Part shown: positions 60,236 through 64,000 of the stretch, one piece after another
Layout: each line of letters starts with the position of its first letter
Position numbering within the stretch: position 1 is the first letter of the stretch
NCBI GenBank assembly: GCA_043228905.1
Contig: JBHGNT010000005.1
Location: 13,888,001-13,952,000, forward strand
Length of the DNA: 64,000 nucleotides
Reading direction: 5' to 3'
Source: Azolla caroliniana
Taxonomy: Eukaryota; Plantae; Polypodiophyta
Notes under the pieces: model-generated
What the model saw: the letters and a program-made list of their open reading frames with translations, nothing else
Database searches by the model: none
What the model was told of the DNA's origin: nothing
Program-made: the position numbers and the translations under genes

Positions 60236-61552
60236 CTGTTTCATGGATCGTGAACATGCCTTGTCCCAAAACATCCTCTTGAATAAGCTCCCAAATCCAA
60301 TAGCCGTAGGAGTTATTGATGGCCATCCCATATCATCACGAGATATAATCGAGGAGTCCAAGCGAATTCGGAAAGTTCTTGGCGATTTGGCAAGCATAAT
60401 CTCTTTCAACATTATTCACAGTCCGGAACACCCAATAGTGCTAGGTCTCCCTTGGTTTGAACTCCATAACCCGAAGATTGATTGGATGAAATGAACAATT
60501 AAGGAGACCCGGGAAAAAAGCACGAACCCCACATCCCTCTCTCTGGCATGTGATACTAGATCCCCTGAGTTATCGACCATCTCTCTACGACAGTTGTGTG
60601 AGGAAGGGGGGAACCAGGCCATGTTCGTCTTCGCAATAGTAGCAACTCCATCATCCACTTTACATGACACGGACATTAAACTGCCAGAGAAATACAAAGA
60701 TTTCTTAGATGTCTTTGATAAGGTCAAGGCCAATACATTGCCGGAGCATCGGCCATACGACTGCCCGATTGACTTACAACCAGGGAAAGAACCTCCATGG
60801 AGCCCAATTTATAATCTCTCCCATGTAGAGCTAGAGACTTTGTGGGAATATATTGATGAGAATCTAGAAAACAGATTGATACGACATTCTAGATCCCCTG
60901 TGGGCGCACCTATCTTCTTTGTTAATAAAAAGAATGGGACTATTCAGTTGGTTGTGGATTATCGAGGGCTAAAGAAAGTGACTATTCGGAATAGATATGC
61001 TCTACCATTAATCCCGAATCTTTTGGAACGTCTCAGTGGAGCAAAATATTTCACAAAGTTAGACCTTCGCGGTGCATATAATCTAGTTCGGATTCGCCTA
61101 GGGGATGAATGGAAGACAGCTTTTCGCACTTGTTATGGACATTTTGAGTATATTGTGATGTCATTCAGTCTCACGAATGTACCTGCAGTTTTCCAACATA
61201 TGGTGAATGATATTTTTCGAGATTTTCTCCATATCTTCACTATAGTTTACCTGGATAATATTCTAATCTACTCGAAGACCCAAGAGGAGCATGATGAACA
61301 TGTTCATCAGGTACTACGTCAACTCCGAGAATATGGTCTCTACGCAAAATTAGAAAATTGTAGTTTCGGCTAGAATCAAGTGGAATTTTTGGGGTATGTT
61401 GTATCATCAGATGGTATCACTATGGACCCCATGAAGGTACAAAAATTTTTAGAGTGGCAAACACCCCTTTCAGTGCACGATGTGCAATGTTTTCTCGGGT
61501 TTGCAAATTTGTATCAAAAGTTTATTAAAGATTATTCCAAGGTCGTGCTTCC
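60236..61552 (+). pseudogene. Ty3/gypsy (Tcn1-like) protease-RT fragment
   Basis: IVLGLPW, LPEHRPYDCPIDL, FTKLDLRGAYNL, YLDN(D), FLGFANLY. Confidence 0.88.
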
Positions 61553-62735
61553 TGTTGTTTCCGGGATGGACAGGTCACTAACACAAGGTGTCCCTCTGGA
61601 ACAGTTCACCAAATGGGTGGTACAGTAAGGAATGTGCAGACCGTAATACAAAACTGATCCTTCCCGGTCACTATTCGGAATGATTAACTTGATACACACG
61701 TATGATAATTACATTAAGAATAGAACGACATTAACAAGATAAATAATACGTAAAACCACAACACTTCTCTATTAATTATCAGTTGTTAATTACATCGTCT
61801 CCGGATCCTTTTATAGGTATCCGGCTATGTTACAAACTAGTGCCAACCGGCAACCAACTACGAACCGATCCAGAGCCAGATCGGCATACCGATTCTGGGT
61901 CCGTCCGTCCGATCTTATAATTATCATAATTTATCTGATTATAACTCCCAAAACCGGCGCCCCGTTCATACTCAAGCCTAACCGGCCAACACATGGCACG
62001 CCCGTGGGATAGTACATTGTATGTCGAACCCACCGTTAGCCCCATCATTCATCCTCCAAAATGTCCAGAATGCTCTAGTCAAGGGGTTCTAACGGTTCAT
62101 CAGGTAGTTGCTCCATCGGCTACTCTTGTTGCTCCTCTGGTTGTAGTTGTTGTTGGTCTTTGGCCAGTTCTTCCTCTCCGGCTTTATCCATTTCCTGCTC
62201 TACTGGTCTCTGCACTTCTGGTTCCGTCTCCTCCGTCCTTCGCTTCTCCTGCTGCTGCATTAGGGCTTTGTCTGGCTCCTCCTGTCTGACTTCTTCCGAC
62301 TGTTGTACTCAGGCTTCATTTGGTTGGCGTCCTCCGGTCCCGGCTACATTCGGTGACTGCTCTAGAGATTGCTCTCTAATTGCCTCCGACATTTGTGATT
62401 CTATCTGCCGTCTTCGCTCCCGTTCGTTTCACTCGAACTGGAGTTGAGTGCCAAGTTGTTCATCATCCAGTTGTTCTACCAGCCGCCAATTGTTCCCTTG
62501 CCAAGGACAAGAAATCGTCCGACAACTCCTCCCGGACAGTTACAATACTCTCCGCATCCATCTTGTAGAAGTTGTCACCATCCTTTCTCCGGTTTTCCGC
62601 ATCCGCTCGCAGCATCTGTAATTCCGCCACCTGTTGTGCCCCTTCTGACCACCATTGCACTGAGCTTTCATAAAAAATGTGTTCCCAGAAGCTGATCTTG
62701 AGGAACAAGTATATATGGTCCTGCCCCCTTGGATT
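61553..62735 (-). mobile_element. Family X LTR-like end with adjacent unidentified ORF remnant
   Basis: Abrupt TGTTG start interrupting RT; minus-strand TATAAAA near 61810; homology to 44427-45600; right boundary approximate. Confidence 0.55.
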
Positions 62736-62759
62736 TCAGTCTAGAGTGAACACATCGGT

Positions 62760-63196
62760 TGTATGCTAGTTGAAGAAGTTCCTCTACGGACTCAAGCAAG
62801 CCCCCTATGCCTGGAACACGAAGATCACGTAGAGAGTGCGTCAGATGGGGTTTTCTCCGTCAAGACGGGACAGAAAGTCGGAACGGGACGATTAGTATTT
62901 TAGTTTATGTTGATGATTTAGTCATCGCCGGCGCCAACCTGGATGAAATTAGTTGCGTCAAATCCCAACTTGTGGCATTGTTTGACATGAAGGATCTTGG
63001 GGACCTTCACTACTTCCTTGGGATCAAAGTGATCCACACCTCGGAAGGCATACTGATTAGTCAACGCAACTATGTGTTGAGTATGCTCTTCAAATTCGGT
63101 ATGACGGAATGCAAATCCATCTCAACTCGTCTGGACCGGAATGTGAATCTTTTGCTCGACTCCGGAACTGTATGCGACCCAAAAAGGTTCCGAAAG
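62760..63196 (+). pseudogene. copia RT fragment
   Basis: LYGLKQAP, LVYVDD, FDMKDLGDLHYFLG. Confidence 0.85.
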
Positions 63197-63914
63197 TGTA
63201 ATGTTCATTGGTTTAGACGTGCTTATTTGGGGGCTATCATACGATAATATCTTAGTCGTCGGCTTTATTGGACTGACCTAATGTGTGTCATTGGGTACCC
63301 CACACATGATTGGTCAAGTAGATGTCATTACATGGCCTAGGTCCTATAAATAGGACATACTCTCCTTAGTCAGGGGGAGCCCCATGAGTGGTTCTGAAAA
63401 AGCTCTCTTTAATGTGAACTAGTCATCTACCAAGGTCTTGATGTGGAGATCCTGGCTGGTATGGGATAGATCGGGATTCCTCGTTTGCGTTGTCGACTCT
63501 AGCGCAGGGGCGGATGGGTGGTAACGCGTGATGTGCTTATTTGGGGGCTATCATACTGTAATATCTTAGTCGTCGGTTTTATTGGACTGACCTAATGTGT
63601 GTCATTGGATACCCCACACATGATTGGTCAAGTAGATGTCATTACATGGCCTAGGTCCTATAAATAGGGAATACTCTCCTTAGTCAGGGGGAGCCCATGA
63701 GTGGTTCTGACGAATCTCTCTTTAATGTGGACTAGTCATCTACCAAGGTCCTAACGTGGAGATCCTGGTTGGTATGGAACAGATCGGGATTCCTAATCTC
63801 CGTTGTTGACTCTGGCGCGGGGGCAGATGGGTGGTAACGCGTATTTTCAGTATGATTGTGTCATTTTTGTCTTTATTTTAGGATTAATGATCTTGGTTAT
63901 TACATATGGTATCA
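63197..63914 (+). mobile_element. 5' LTR (63197-63904) and PBS-Met of an element continuing beyond the window; LTR holds a 314-bp tandem duplication
   Basis: TGTAAT...ATTACA then TGGTATCA 63907-63914; units start at 63219 and 63533, each with TATAAATA. Confidence 0.8.
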
Positions 63915-64000
63915 AGGCGGTTTTAATCCTAAAAATATAATGTTTGATTGGATTCGCGTTGTGTGCCTTAGTACACAAAAATATCATATATTTTGTTTAT

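Overview
This is eukaryotic, transposon-dense DNA, most likely from a non-seed land plant (inferred from the retroelement lineages, tRNA-Met/Trp primer sites and short GT-AG introns). Most of the window is nested Ty1/copia and Ty3/gypsy LTR retrotransposons. One Ty3/gypsy element (13403-20524) is intact, with LTRs that look identical by eye. There are also two large rearrangements: an inverted duplication with deletion at 5351-24303 and a solo-LTR/full-element tandem duplication at 44483-54855. The standout non-retroelement feature is a spliced gene present twice (1-946 and 36276-39470). It encodes a ParB/Srx-like domain fused to a bacterial-type beta-class DNA amino-methyltransferase (DIPY ... 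QKP ... DLFSGTGTT). Both copies share about 1 kb of 3' sequence that ends abruptly at ...GTGAACGCGAACGTG against unrelated flanks, so the gene appears to be cargo of a mobile element. Other notable signals are a conserved -1 frameshift pseudoknot, a Tf1-like self-priming site and tRNA-like sequences inside LTRs. Element labels (C1-C5, G1-G5, X) are my own. All identities were judged by eye; no alignments or searches were run.
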